Assembly: GCA_963677305.1 (NCBI GenBank)
Contig: OY781925.1
Coordinates: 2,878,783 to 2,942,782, forward strand
Reading direction: 5' to 3'
Source: an uncultured Holophaga sp.
GTDB lineage: Bacteria; Acidobacteriota; Holophagae; Holophagales; Holophagaceae
Length of the DNA: 64,000 nt
The notes under the pieces: generated by a model
Seen by the model: the letters and a program-made list of their open reading frames with translations, nothing else
Databases searched by the model: none
What the model was told of the DNA's origin: nothing
Shown here: in pieces, positions 28,249 through 37,929 of the stretch
How positions within the stretch are numbered: position 1 is the first letter of the stretch
Layout: each line of letters starts with the position of its first letter
Program-made: the position numbers and the translations under genes

Positions 28249-28558
28249 GGTGGAGCTGAAGTCCCGGCACATCGGTCCTGATCTCCTGGTGGAGATCACC
28301 GGGGGCGTGGCCCACATCGGGGCCGTGGGGGTGGGCTGCCCCCTCGGCGTCCGGGCCAGCGCCTCTGTGGTCTCCCTCCCCGAGCATCGTGATGACCGCC
28401 TCGCCCACCACGCCGCCGAGCGGATCTCAGCCACCTTCGGGTGCAACTGCGCCGTCATCGCCGGCGTCCACTTCGACGACATCACCCCAGAGGAGATCCA
28501 GGGGGTCATGCGGCTCTGTCAGGAGGTCCTGGACGATTGCCTGGGCAGCGGAGACTGA
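28249..28558 (+). CDS. Hypothetical small protein
   Basis: Protein-like segment LLVEITGGVAHIGAVGVGCPLG...ISATFGCNCAVIAGVHFDDITPEEIQGVMRL. Upstream part of the track ORF is Gly/Arg-rich, so an internal GTG start is assumed. No family assigned. Confidence 0.3.
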
Positions 28559-28645
28559 GATGCGGTGTCGTGGCTCTGCCACGACACCGCATGGGGGCGA
28601 AAGGGGGGACGCGGCATCCGGGCGCTCCCCCTATCAAGGCAGTCC

Positions 28646-29602
28646 TCAGAGCCCCAACTGGGCGATGCCCGCCCTCAGCTTGCCCGCGGAGACACGCAGG
28701 GCGGCGGCCTCCGCTTCATTGAGGCCCATGGGCAGCACCCACTGCACCCCGGTGCGGCCCAGAGCCACCGGAAGGCTGAGGCAGACCCCCTCCGCACCGT
28801 AGCCCCCCTCCAGCAAGGTGGAGACCGAGAGCACGGTGTTCTGGTCCCGGAGGATCGTCCCCGCGATCTCGGCCAAGCCCAGAGCAATGGCGAAGAAGGT
28901 GGCCCCCTTGCGGGAGATCACCTCGTAGCCGGCCCCCCGGGTCTGCCGGAAGATGGCATCCATGGCCTCCTGGTCATAGGTGATCTCCCGGGCGGTGCAG
29001 AAGTCCGGCAGCCTCATCCCGGCGATGTTCGCGAGGGACCAGACAGGAACCTCGCTGTCGCCATGCTCTCCGATGATGAAGGCATGGACACTCCGGGGAT
29101 CCACCTGGAAGTGCTGGCTGAGCAGGAAGCGGAAGCGCGCTGTATCCAGAATCGTGCCCGACCCGATGACCTTCTCCGGTGGCAGTCCCGAGAGACGCTG
29201 GGCGGCATAGGTCATCACATCCACCGGGTTGCTGGCGATCAGCAGCAGCCCTTCCGGGTTGTGGCGGGCCACCTCGGGGACAATCTCACGGAAGACCCCA
29301 GCATTGGTCCGGATCAGGTCCATCCGAGTCTGCCCGGGGGCCATGCGTCCTGCGCCCGCCGTGATGATCGTGAGAGCTGCACCCGCGCAGTCGGCATAGT
29401 CGCCTGCCCATATGCGGGCGGGCTGGGCGAAGGGAAGGCTGTGGTTCAGGTCCATCGCCTCCCCCACCGCCTTCTCCCGGTTGGCATCCACCAGGACGAT
29501 CTCCGTCGCCACCCCCCTCAGCAGGAGCGCGTAGGCACAGGTCGCCCCCACGTTGCCCGCCCCGATGATGGCCACTCGTGTGGAAAGCCTGGCTGAGACC
29601 AT
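28646..29602 (-). CDS. L-lactate/malate dehydrogenase (LDH family)
   Basis: 318 aa, Rossmann VAIIGAGNVGATCAY, catalytic IIGEHGDSEVPVWS, substrate loop ITAGAGRMAPGQTRMDL. LDH vs MDH not resolvable by eye. Confidence 0.8.
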   Translation of the reverse strand: MVSARLSTRVAIIGAGNVGATCAYALLLRGVATEIVLVDANREKAVGEAMDLNHSLPFAQPARIWAGDYADCAGAALTIITAGAGRMAPGQTRMDLIRTNAGVFREIVPEVARHNPEGLLLIASNPVDVMTYAAQRLSGLPPEKVIGSGTILDTARFRFLLSQHFQVDPRSVHAFIIGEHGDSEVPVWSLANIAGMRLPDFCTAREITYDQEAMDAIFRQTRGAGYEVISRKGATFFAIALGLAEIAGTILRDQNTVLSVSTLLEGGYGAEGVCLSLPVALGRTGVQWVLPMGLNEAEAAALRVSAGKLRAGIAQLGL

Positions 29603-29666
29603 GGGGACACCACCTTCCGTCCTGCTCCAGATTAGGTGTGCCCGACCGCGATGTGTGACGCCCGCG

Positions 29667-30098
29667 TCACCCCAGCCCGGACAGCCGCTGGCGGAGGGCC
29701 TTCAATTCCTCGTACTGGGGGGTGACATCCCGGAGGATCGCCCCGACCCCGATGATCTCTCCGCCCTCCCCATGAAAGGGCAGGATGGTGAAGGCCACCG
29801 AGAGGCGGGAACCATCCTTCCGGATGGCGGGGACCGAGAGCAGGCTGTCGGCCCCGTAGCGGGTCACCCCGGAGGCCATGGTCCGGGCATAGCCCTCCCA
29901 GTGCCGCTCCCGGAGCTTCTCCGGGATGATGAGATCCAGGCTCTGCCCCAGGGCCTCCTCCGCACAGTAGCCGAAGATCCTCTCGGCGCCGGCGTTCCAC
30001 AGGCGGATGAGACCCTCCCGGTCGGAATAGATGATGGCATCGGCGGCCCCGGCCACCAAGTCACGGCAGATCCGGTCCAGATCCAACGAATCGGTCAT
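29667..30098 (-). CDS. PAS-domain protein (single PAS, no output domain)
   Basis: Start at MTDSLDLDRI (ATG 30098). PAS fold pattern (AIIYSDREGLIRLWNAGAERIFGYCAEEALGQSLDLIIP...GVGAILRDVT). Confidence 0.6.
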   Translation of the reverse strand: MTDSLDLDRICRDLVAGAADAIIYSDREGLIRLWNAGAERIFGYCAEEALGQSLDLIIPEKLRERHWEGYARTMASGVTRYGADSLLSVPAIRKDGSRLSVAFTILPFHGEGGEIIGVGAILRDVTPQYEELKALRQRLSGLG

Positions 30099-30311
30099 GA
30101 TCCCCTCCCCAAGGCTCCCGTCCAGGAGAGCCGAGCCCTCAGCATGGGTTCCCTCCCCACCCGCGCCTTGATCCTCCTCAAGACAGGGCAGGAAGTGGGG
30201 CGGACAGACCCTAGGAGCAGTCCCTGGTGGTCTTGACCATCGGCCGGACTGCTCGAAGACTGCAGAAAAGCCAAGCTTCCCTGCGGCCCCCCACTTTGAT
30301 CCAAGGACCTC

Positions 30312-30938
30312 ATGTTCACCAAGCTCTTCGCCCGGCACCTGCGCCAACCCTCAGGACTGGTGGGGCGCTACGTCGCCCGCTGGATGAACCAGGCCAACGG
30401 GGACATCAACAGCACCGCGCTGCATCTGGCCATGGCCCAGGGTGGCGCCCGTCTCCTGGAAGTGGGCTTCGGAGGCGGCTCCCTCCTTCAGATGGCCCTG
30501 GAACTGCCCACCCTTGCCTCCGTGACAGGCCTCGATGCCTCCCCGGACATGGTCAAGCGGGCCCGTCGCAAGCTCCGGGGCCCCCTCCAGGAGGGCAGAC
30601 TCCAGCTTCACCAGGGCCTGATCACCGAGCTGCCCTTCGGTCCCGCCCACTTCGACGCCGTGGTCAGCGTCAACACCCTCAACTTCTGGCCCTCCCTGGA
30701 GGCCCCCCTCCGGGAGTGCAGGCGGGTCCTTGCGCCGGGAGGTCGCTTGGTTCTGGGTTTTGACGACAAGGAGGACATGTGCCAGTGGTCCGGCCATCAC
30801 CACGGTTTCACGCTCTACGAGGTGGCGGAAGTCCACCGAGCCCTGGAGTCCTGTGGATTTAGGTGCCTGGAGACCCTCACCCTCCAGGCCCAGGGCAGTG
30901 AGCGGGTCCACTGCGTCCAGGCCTGCAGCCGAGCATGA
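30312..30938 (+). CDS. Class I SAM-dependent methyltransferase
   Basis: 208 aa, motif I LLEVGFGGGS, motif II/III region FDAVVSVNTLNF...LAPGGRLVLGF. Confidence 0.75.
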   Translation: MFTKLFARHLRQPSGLVGRYVARWMNQANGDINSTALHLAMAQGGARLLEVGFGGGSLLQMALELPTLASVTGLDASPDMVKRARRKLRGPLQEGRLQLHQGLITELPFGPAHFDAVVSVNTLNFWPSLEAPLRECRRVLAPGGRLVLGFDDKEDMCQWSGHHHGFTLYEVAEVHRALESCGFRCLETLTLQAQGSERVHCVQACSRA

Positions 30939-30980
30939 AGAAGGGGGGCTGTTGCCCCCCTCCTTGTGTCACGGACCGAA

Positions 30981-33020
30981 TCAGGCCTTCTCGAACTGGG
31001 ACTTCATCTCCTCCCGCAGCTTCTCGGCCATGGGGTCCCGGGGGGTCTGAACGGCGGTCACGCCGGCCATGTCGCCCACCTTCTGGCTCAGGAGCAGACC
31101 CAGCAGGCTCTCGATGACGCTGCCGCCACCCTGGCCGGCACCTGCCATGTTGATCTTGGGCACCACATCCACCTGGGACTTCTCGATGGCCTCGGCGAAG
31201 CGGTTCATGACCTGCTGCACCAGCTGGAACTGGGGACCACCGTAGGCCCGGACCTGCTCCTCGATGGCGAGGGCCTGGGCCACGCCCACCCGGGCGGCCT
31301 GCTCGGCCTGGGCCTCGGCCATGACCTTGATGCGCTTGGCCTCGCCCTCGCCCATGAGGCGGACCTTCTCGGCCTCGGCCGCCGCCAGGGTCTGGATCTG
31401 GGAGGCCTGCTGCTGGGCCTTGGCGTAGTCCGCCTTGCCCTGGTTGCTCTGGACCGTGATGGAGATCTCGGACTCGGTGAGGGCCGTCTGCTGCTTGGCC
31501 TTGGCCTCCGCCTCGCGCAGCTCCCGCTCCTTCACCGCCGCGTTCTCCTGGCGGGCGTATGTCTCCACCTGCTCATCGGCGATCTGGCGGCTGCGGAGCT
31601 GGGTGAGGATCTGCTCGATCTGGCCCCCCTGGTTCCCGCTGGTGGGGGTGCCGATGAGCACCTCCTGCAGCTCCAGGTTGTAATGGCCGAACTTCTCCTT
31701 CATCTGCACCCCGGACTGTTCCTGGATGGCCGAGCGATCCTGGATGAGCTGGATGAGGGTGCGGGTCTGGCCGATGTTCTTGAAGTAGGCGCTGACCATG
31801 GGGTCCAGGGTCTGCTCCACCAGCTTCTTGATGTCCCCGAAGCGCTGGATGACGAGGGGTGCCTTGCGGTAGTCGATGTGGACCACCACCGAGAGGGGCA
31901 GGCTGGGCTCGAAAGCATCCTTGGTGATGAGGCTCACCTCGGTGAGGTTCTCATCGAACTTGTGGCTGCCCACCTCGGCCTTGCTCCACTTGAGGATGAA
32001 GTTGGTGGTGGGCACCATCAGCACCTTGCCGGCGTAGGTGTTGAAGGCGTACTTACCCGGCAGCAGGGGCTCGCTCCACACACCCCGCTGCCCCTTGTTC
32101 ACCAGTTCCCCGTGGCGGTATTCCTGGCCGCTGATGTCCGTGCCCTGGTCCCCGGTGTAGCTCACCACCACACCCACGGTGCCCACCTCCACCACGGTCT
32201 TGGGGATCAGCTCCACGGTGCCGAAGAGGCGGTTGATGTAGTAAGTGCCTTCCACCAGCACCTGATACTGGCGGCCCCGCAGGCCCCCGGCCCGGAGGAA
32301 CTTGTCGGCATCCTGGAAGTTGTTGTGGTAGGTCTCGACCTTGGCCACCTCTTCACCCACGGTGGGGGCGATAATCTCGCCACTGGGCAGACTGGGGCCG
32401 TCATGGATGGTGACAATGCCCACGGCATCATCAGCACCCCGGATGATCACCGGCCGCCAGCCGCCGCGCTCGGCGATGATGGCGCTCATCTTCTGGAAGG
32501 TCTCCAGCTCCGAGCGGTCCCAGGGCAGGTAGTAGATCTGGTCCTCGGTGAGCACCACGAAGAGGGCCAGATTGATGGCATAGCTGCCTTCCCGGAGGAT
32601 GGCCCGCTGGGGACCCTTCTGACCGCCGCTCTGCAGAAAGGCCGTGGCGTCCTGGAAGTCCTTGACCCGGGCATTGGAAGCCAGGGCCTGGGTGGGGGGA
32701 AGATCCTGACCGTCACGGCTGAAGACGTAGCCGATCTTGCCCTGGGGAATGGTCACCAGGGGCAGTCGGTGAATGCGGTAGATGAAGGGCAGGCGGATGT
32801 GCCAGCCGCCACGGAGCAACTGGGGCTGGAAGCCCGCCTCGTTGTTGAGGGCGATGAGGCCGCTCTTCACCGAGCCCTTGCCGCTCCACAGCTTCTCGAC
32901 GATACCCACCCGATTGTTGGGAATGTACCGACAGGTCTTGAAGAAAAGGATGAGCAGGATGACCAGCCCCACCACCCCCCCGGCCAGGGCCGGGAGACTG
33001 AGACCGAAGAGTGCGTTCAT
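30981..33020 (-). CDS. SPFH/Band-7 family flotillin-like protein
   Basis: 679 aa, N-terminal TM, SPFH domain, long Ala/Glu/Gln-rich coiled coil (EAEAKAKQQ..., AEAQAEQAARV) typical of bacterial flotillins (YqiK/FloT-like). Confidence 0.8.
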   Translation of the reverse strand: MNALFGLSLPALAGGVVGLVILLILFFKTCRYIPNNRVGIVEKLWSGKGSVKSGLIALNNEAGFQPQLLRGGWHIRLPFIYRIHRLPLVTIPQGKIGYVFSRDGQDLPPTQALASNARVKDFQDATAFLQSGGQKGPQRAILREGSYAINLALFVVLTEDQIYYLPWDRSELETFQKMSAIIAERGGWRPVIIRGADDAVGIVTIHDGPSLPSGEIIAPTVGEEVAKVETYHNNFQDADKFLRAGGLRGRQYQVLVEGTYYINRLFGTVELIPKTVVEVGTVGVVVSYTGDQGTDISGQEYRHGELVNKGQRGVWSEPLLPGKYAFNTYAGKVLMVPTTNFILKWSKAEVGSHKFDENLTEVSLITKDAFEPSLPLSVVVHIDYRKAPLVIQRFGDIKKLVEQTLDPMVSAYFKNIGQTRTLIQLIQDRSAIQEQSGVQMKEKFGHYNLELQEVLIGTPTSGNQGGQIEQILTQLRSRQIADEQVETYARQENAAVKERELREAEAKAKQQTALTESEISITVQSNQGKADYAKAQQQASQIQTLAAAEAEKVRLMGEGEAKRIKVMAEAQAEQAARVGVAQALAIEEQVRAYGGPQFQLVQQVMNRFAEAIEKSQVDVVPKINMAGAGQGGGSVIESLLGLLLSQKVGDMAGVTAVQTPRDPMAEKLREEMKSQFEKA

Positions 33021-33164
33021 GAAGTCTCCTAGAGAAAGGACGCTTCATGGTAACGACCGGGAGCCCAAGGGGTTGAGATCAAGAAAACATCAAAATGCCG
33101 GGAGTGGAGCTTTCAGACTATCGCCTTTTATTTATTATTATTTTATAATAACGACTTTCCCTTG

Positions 33165-33207
33165 TCCCCAAAAGCCAAACGCCCGCCTCCCTGGGGAGCG
33201 CGGGCGT
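33165..33207 (-). terminator. Probable intrinsic terminator downstream of tkt
   Basis: GC hairpin (acgcccgcctcc / ggagcgcgggcgt, one bulge), followed on the minus strand by GTTTGGCTTTTGGGG. Sits in an AT-rich gap that also holds the flotillin promoter region. Confidence 0.4.
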
Positions 33208-33228
33208 CCGATCCGGGCGATGCGAGCC

Positions 33229-35220
33229 TTAGAGGCAGGCCTTGGCGGCCTTGACCATCTCGGCGGCGGTGAGGCCGAACTGCTCGTAGAGGATTTCAGC
33301 GGGGGCGCTGGCCCCGAAGTGGTCCAGACCGATGTTGGCGCCCTGGGTCCCGGTGTAGCGCTGCCAGCCGGTGGTGACGCCAGCCTCGATGGAGACCCGG
33401 GCGGTCACGGCGGCGGGGAGCACGGAAGCCTTGTAGGCCTTGTCCTGGGCGTCGAAGATCTCCCAGCAGGGCATGGACACCACGCGGGTGGGGATGCCCT
33501 CGGCCTCCAGTTGCTTGCGGGCCTCGATGGCGATGTGCACCTCGGAGCCGGTGCCCATGAGGATCACCTTGGGCTCGACACTGGCCTCCTCCAGGATGTA
33601 GGCGCCCCGGGCGGCACCCTGGGCCTTGACGGGGTCCAGCACGGGCAGCTTCTGGCGGGTGAGGGCCAGGGCGCTGGGGGCCTTGGTGCTGGAGGCGGCG
33701 ATCTTCCAGGCCACGGCGGTCTCGTTGGCGTCCGCGGGGCGGAAGACGTTGAGCCCGGGGATGAGGCGCAGGCTCATGACGTGCTCGATGGGCTGGTGGG
33801 TGGGACCGTCCTCGCCCACACCGATGGAGTCATGCGTCCAGACGTAGGTGACGGGCAGGCCCATGAGGGCCGCCAGGCGGGCGGTGGGGCGCATATAGTC
33901 CGAGAACACCAGGAAGGTGGCCCCGAAGACCTTGAGACCGCCGTGGAGGGCCATGCCGTTCAGGACGGCGCCCATGGCGTGCTCGCGGATGCCGAAGTGG
34001 AAGTTGCGGCCACTGTTCTTGGGGGTGAAGTCCCCGCCACCCTTGATATCGGTGTTGTTGGAGGGGGCCAGGTCGGCGCTGCCGCCCACCAGGTTGGGCA
34101 GCACCCCGGCCAGGGCGTTGAGCACCTTGCCGCTGGCCTCACGGGTGGCGGCCTTCTCCGTGACGGCGTAGGTGGGGATGGCCTTCTCCCAGCCCTCGGG
34201 CAGCTCACCCTTCAGGAAGGACTCGCACTCGGCGGCCAGCTCGGGGAAGGCGGTGCGGTAGGCCTCGAAGCGGGTCTTCCACTCGGCCTCGAGCTTCTGA
34301 CCGCGATCCTGGCACTGGCGCCAGTGGCTGAGGGCTTCGGCGGGCACGAAGAAGTGAGCCTCGGGGTCGATGCCCAGAATCTGCTTGGTGGCCCGGATCT
34401 CGTCCTCGCCCAGGGGGGCACCATGGGCATTGTGGCTGTTCTGCTTGTTGGGGGCAGGCCAGCCGATGATGGTCTTGCACTCGATGAGGGTGGGTTGGCC
34501 GCAGGGCTGGCAGGCAGCCTGGTAGGCCCGATGAAGGGCCGCCAGATCCTCGCCATCCTCGACCTTCAGGTAGCGCCAGCCCATGGCCTCGAAGCGGCCT
34601 TGGATGTCCTCGCTGAAGGCGATGTCCGTGTGGCCCTCGATGGTGATGGTGTTGCTGTCGTAGAGCACCACCAGCTTCTCCAGCCCCAGGTGGCCCGCCA
34701 GGCTGGCGGCCTCGTAGCTGATGCCCTCCATGAGGCAGCCGTCCCCGGCGAAGGCATAGGTGCGGTGGTTGAAGACCTCGTGACCGGGGCGGTTGAAGCG
34801 GTCCCCCATCCAGCGCTCCGCGATGGCCATGCCCACGGCATTGGCGATGCCCTGGCCCAGGGGGCCGGTGGTCGTCTCCACGCCGATGGTGTGGCCGAAC
34901 TCGGGGTGCCCGGGGGTCTTGGAGCCCCACTGGCGGAAGTGCTTGAGATCCTCCAGCTCCAGGCCGTAGCCCGCCAGATGCAGCAGGCTGTAGATCAGCA
35001 TGGAGGCATGCCCGCAGGAGAGCACGAAGCGATCCCGGTCCGCCCAGTTCGGGTTGATGGGGTTGTGCTTCATGACCTGGGTCCAGAGCATGTAGGCCGC
35101 AGGCGCCTGGGCCATGGGGGCACCCGGATGGCCACTGTTGGCCTTCTGGATGGCATCCATGGCCAGGCAGCGGATGGAATCGACACACAACTTGTCGATG
35201 TTGGTGGCAGAAAAGGTCAT
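33229..35220 (-). CDS. tkt: Transketolase
   Basis: Start at MTFSATNIDK (ATG 35220). ThDP-binding GHPGAPMA...GDGCLMEGIS and the transketolase C-terminal domain. Confidence 0.9.
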   Translation of the reverse strand: MTFSATNIDKLCVDSIRCLAMDAIQKANSGHPGAPMAQAPAAYMLWTQVMKHNPINPNWADRDRFVLSCGHASMLIYSLLHLAGYGLELEDLKHFRQWGSKTPGHPEFGHTIGVETTTGPLGQGIANAVGMAIAERWMGDRFNRPGHEVFNHRTYAFAGDGCLMEGISYEAASLAGHLGLEKLVVLYDSNTITIEGHTDIAFSEDIQGRFEAMGWRYLKVEDGEDLAALHRAYQAACQPCGQPTLIECKTIIGWPAPNKQNSHNAHGAPLGEDEIRATKQILGIDPEAHFFVPAEALSHWRQCQDRGQKLEAEWKTRFEAYRTAFPELAAECESFLKGELPEGWEKAIPTYAVTEKAATREASGKVLNALAGVLPNLVGGSADLAPSNNTDIKGGGDFTPKNSGRNFHFGIREHAMGAVLNGMALHGGLKVFGATFLVFSDYMRPTARLAALMGLPVTYVWTHDSIGVGEDGPTHQPIEHVMSLRLIPGLNVFRPADANETAVAWKIAASSTKAPSALALTRQKLPVLDPVKAQGAARGAYILEEASVEPKVILMGTGSEVHIAIEARKQLEAEGIPTRVVSMPCWEIFDAQDKAYKASVLPAAVTARVSIEAGVTTGWQRYTGTQGANIGLDHFGASAPAEILYEQFGLTAAEMVKAAKACL

Positions 35221-35325
35221 GACGGGCCCCCTCGAGCGAACCGCCCATTTTCCCACGGCGGGGCGGGATCTCCAACCGCTGATTAGCAGCTTTGCACCCC
35301 CTCAGCCTCCTGATAAATTTGGCGA

Positions 35326-36360
35326 ATGCCACGAACCAGTCCCCCCCCTGCGGATCGCATCCTCGTCATCCAGCTCCGTCAAGTGGGGGATGTGCTCCTG
35401 ACCACCCCAGCCCTGAAGGCCCTGCGCGCCTGCTATCCCACAGCCCGCATCGACTACCTGACGGAGCCGGGGCCCTCGGGGGTCCTGAAGGGCAACCCCC
35501 TGATCGATGAAGTCATCATCCGGAAGCGGCACACCACCCTGAAAGAGGATCTGGCCCTGGTCGGCCGCCTCCGCAGGACCCGCTATGACCTCGTCCTGGA
35601 CTTCATGATGAACCCCCGCAGCGCGATCCTGACCCTGCTCACCGGTGCGCCTGTCCGGGCCGCCCGCCGGAGACTCGGACGCAGCTTCTATTACAGCCAC
35701 CCCATTGCACAGAAGGTGGATCGCCATCCGTATTCCCCCGCCGACAAGCTGGCCATCCTGGAGGCCCTGGGCATCCCCGCCCCCATCACCCCTCCCCTGA
35801 TCCAGATTCCCGAGGAGGCCCGGACGGCAGTGGCCGCCTGGGCGGACGGAGCAGGCCTCGGAGAGACCCGGATCGCCACCTTCGACATCACCAGCCGTAG
35901 CGCAGAGAAGAAGTGGCCCGGTGAGCGCTTCCTCGCCCTGGCCGACCACTTGGCCACCCACCACGGGATCCGCTGCATCTTCGCCTGGGGTCCGGGCGAA
36001 GGGGAGGAGGTGGAGGCACTCCTCAAGCAATCGGCCCTCCCCCACCTCCTGGCCCCCCCCACCTCCCTCATGGAACTGGCCGCTCTCATCGAGCGCAGTT
36101 GCCTCCACGTAGGGAACTGCTCAGGCCCCCGCCACATCGCCGTGGCCATGGGCACCCCCTCGCTCACCATCATGGGGCCCACCAACCCGGAGAACTGGAC
36201 CTACCCCTCACCTGAGCACCGCGCCATCCGCGGGAACGCCCAGTGCCCGGAGTGTCGACAATCCCAGGGCTGCGAACAGCACCGGAGCATCGGGGAGGTC
36301 TCGGCAGAGGCAGCCATCACCACCCTGGAGGAGATGTTCAGCGAGGGGCTGATCCGGTAG
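35326..36360 (+). CDS. Glycosyltransferase family 9 (LPS heptosyltransferase-like)
   Basis: 344 aa, RILVIQLRQVGDVLLTTPALKAL and C-terminal GNCSGPRHIAVAMGTPSLTIMGPT typical of RfaF/WaaC-type GT9. Confidence 0.75.
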   Translation: MPRTSPPPADRILVIQLRQVGDVLLTTPALKALRACYPTARIDYLTEPGPSGVLKGNPLIDEVIIRKRHTTLKEDLALVGRLRRTRYDLVLDFMMNPRSAILTLLTGAPVRAARRRLGRSFYYSHPIAQKVDRHPYSPADKLAILEALGIPAPITPPLIQIPEEARTAVAAWADGAGLGETRIATFDITSRSAEKKWPGERFLALADHLATHHGIRCIFAWGPGEGEEVEALLKQSALPHLLAPPTSLMELAALIERSCLHVGNCSGPRHIAVAMGTPSLTIMGPTNPENWTYPSPEHRAIRGNAQCPECRQSQGCEQHRSIGEVSAEAAITTLEEMFSEGLIR

Positions 36361-37405
36361 CCAGAAGTTCCCCGACCGACTTGAGCACCCGCTCCGGTTC
36401 CAGCAGCCTGAGGCAGGAGAGGTGGTCGCACTTGCGGTTCCGGCAGGGTGAGCAGTCGATCCCGGTCCGCACGATCCGGAAGGGGGTCTGCCGCCAGGGC
36501 TCGTTGAGCACCGGATCGGAGGGGCCGTAGACGCCCACGGCAGGGGTGCCCAACAGGGAGGCCATGTGGAGGGGCCCCGTGTCGCCGCCGATGTAGAGGC
36601 GGGCCAGCTCCAGCACCGCAGCCATCTCCTTCATGGAGGTCAGGGGCAGGACATGGACGGGCCGCTGGGCTGTCCGCACCAGGCGCTCCACCATCTCCTC
36701 CTCGCCGGGCCCCCAGCCTATGACGGATGACAGCCCGAAGTGCTCAGCAACGAGATCCGCCAGGCGACCGAAATGCTCGGCGGGCCAGCGCTTGTAGGCG
36801 CCGACCTTGCTGGTGCCGGGGTAGAGGAATACAAAGCCCTTCGGGCTGAGCCCCTGGTCCTGGACCCAGCCGCCCGCCATGGAGCGGTCGGCCTCCCCCA
36901 GGGGCAGGCTGGGGGAGGGCTCGGTGGCTGCAGGATCGAAATACCGCGGCAACAAGAAGTTGCGATCGTACCGGGAGAGCTTCCCCTCAACAACAGGCAC
37001 CCGCTCGGTGAGGAAGAGGTGTCCCCCTTCCTTGGCGATGCCCTTGGGGTAGCCGACGCGCCGGGGGCTGCGGCTCAGGAAGGCCAGGAAGCCGCTCTTG
37101 GCCACGCCGTGGAAGTCGACGACCAGATCATAGCCCTCAGCCTTGAGCTCATGGCCGAAGGCCAGCATGGCCCGGAAGCGGGCCAGGCCCTTGAGCTTGT
37201 TCCAGGCCCGGCGGGGGGCGATCTTCAGCCCGTCGATCCCCTCGAGGCCTGTGATGATCTCCGCACAGCGGTCCTCCACGAGCCAGTGGATCCGGGCCTC
37301 CGGAAAGCGGACGCGCAGGGCGGCCACCGAGGGGATGGTGCGCACCACATCCCCGATGGCCGAGAGGCGAATCACCAGGATCTTCTTGGGGTCAGCCATG
37401 GCCAT
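36338..37405 (-). CDS. Glycosyltransferase family 9 (LPS heptosyltransferase-like), second copy
   Basis: 355 aa, KILVIRLSAIGDVVRTIPSVAAL, GGDTGPLHMASLLGTPAVGVYGPS. Convergent with the first GT9, with 23-bp 3' overlap. Confidence 0.75.
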   Translation of the reverse strand: MAMADPKKILVIRLSAIGDVVRTIPSVAALRVRFPEARIHWLVEDRCAEIITGLEGIDGLKIAPRRAWNKLKGLARFRAMLAFGHELKAEGYDLVVDFHGVAKSGFLAFLSRSPRRVGYPKGIAKEGGHLFLTERVPVVEGKLSRYDRNFLLPRYFDPAATEPSPSLPLGEADRSMAGGWVQDQGLSPKGFVFLYPGTSKVGAYKRWPAEHFGRLADLVAEHFGLSSVIGWGPGEEEMVERLVRTAQRPVHVLPLTSMKEMAAVLELARLYIGGDTGPLHMASLLGTPAVGVYGPSDPVLNEPWRQTPFRIVRTGIDCSPCRNRKCDHLSCLRLLEPERVLKSVGELLATGSAPR

Positions 37406-37791
37406 CAGTAGGGCTTGTAGGACTTCTCTTCCACCAGCTCCGAGCCCAGCAGCTCGTTGATCTGGCGCTTCACCGCAGCCCGCTTGTCGTTCTCGTGATA
37501 GACGGCCCGAGCCAGCTCGATGAAGCGGGCCCCGAAGTCCTTACGACGCTCCCAGTCCCGGATCTCGTCCTCGATCTCCCAAAGCCCCTCGTTGACCTTC
37601 TTGAGGTCGGCTTCCAGGGCGACCAGCCCGGATTGCGCCTCAAGCGCCTGACGCCGCAGCGGGGCCAGGGCCTCCATCTCCTTCCGGACATTCGCCACCT
37701 TGGCGGCATCCTCGATGCGCTCAGTCTTGATGACGAGGATGGTGTATTTGTCGATCAGTTCGCCCCAGGAGACGGGAGTGAGAACGGCCAT
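37405..37791 (-). CDS. Hypothetical coiled-coil protein
   Basis: 128 aa from MAVLTPVSWGELIDKYTILVIKTERIED... ATG 37791 overlaps the GT9 start. No family recognised. Confidence 0.4.
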   Translation of the reverse strand: MAVLTPVSWGELIDKYTILVIKTERIEDAAKVANVRKEMEALAPLRRQALEAQSGLVALEADLKKVNEGLWEIEDEIRDWERRKDFGARFIELARAVYHENDKRAAVKRQINELLGSELVEEKSYKPY

Positions 37792-37929
37792 GGAGTCCTT
37801 TCTGCGGTGACCTGACAGGATATCGCGACTCCCAGGGAACCGGGGAGGGACAGGGGCAAACGCAGCCCGGAGCCGCGGAGTCGGAGCACCAGACACCCCT
37901 GCCCCCCCCAAAGGAGTGGCCCGTGGAAT

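Noticed and set aside
30966-35286. Long plus-strand ORFs (688 aa, 834 aa) opposite flotillin and transketolase
   Set aside because: Gly/Leu/Asp/His-rich low-complexity antisense frames.
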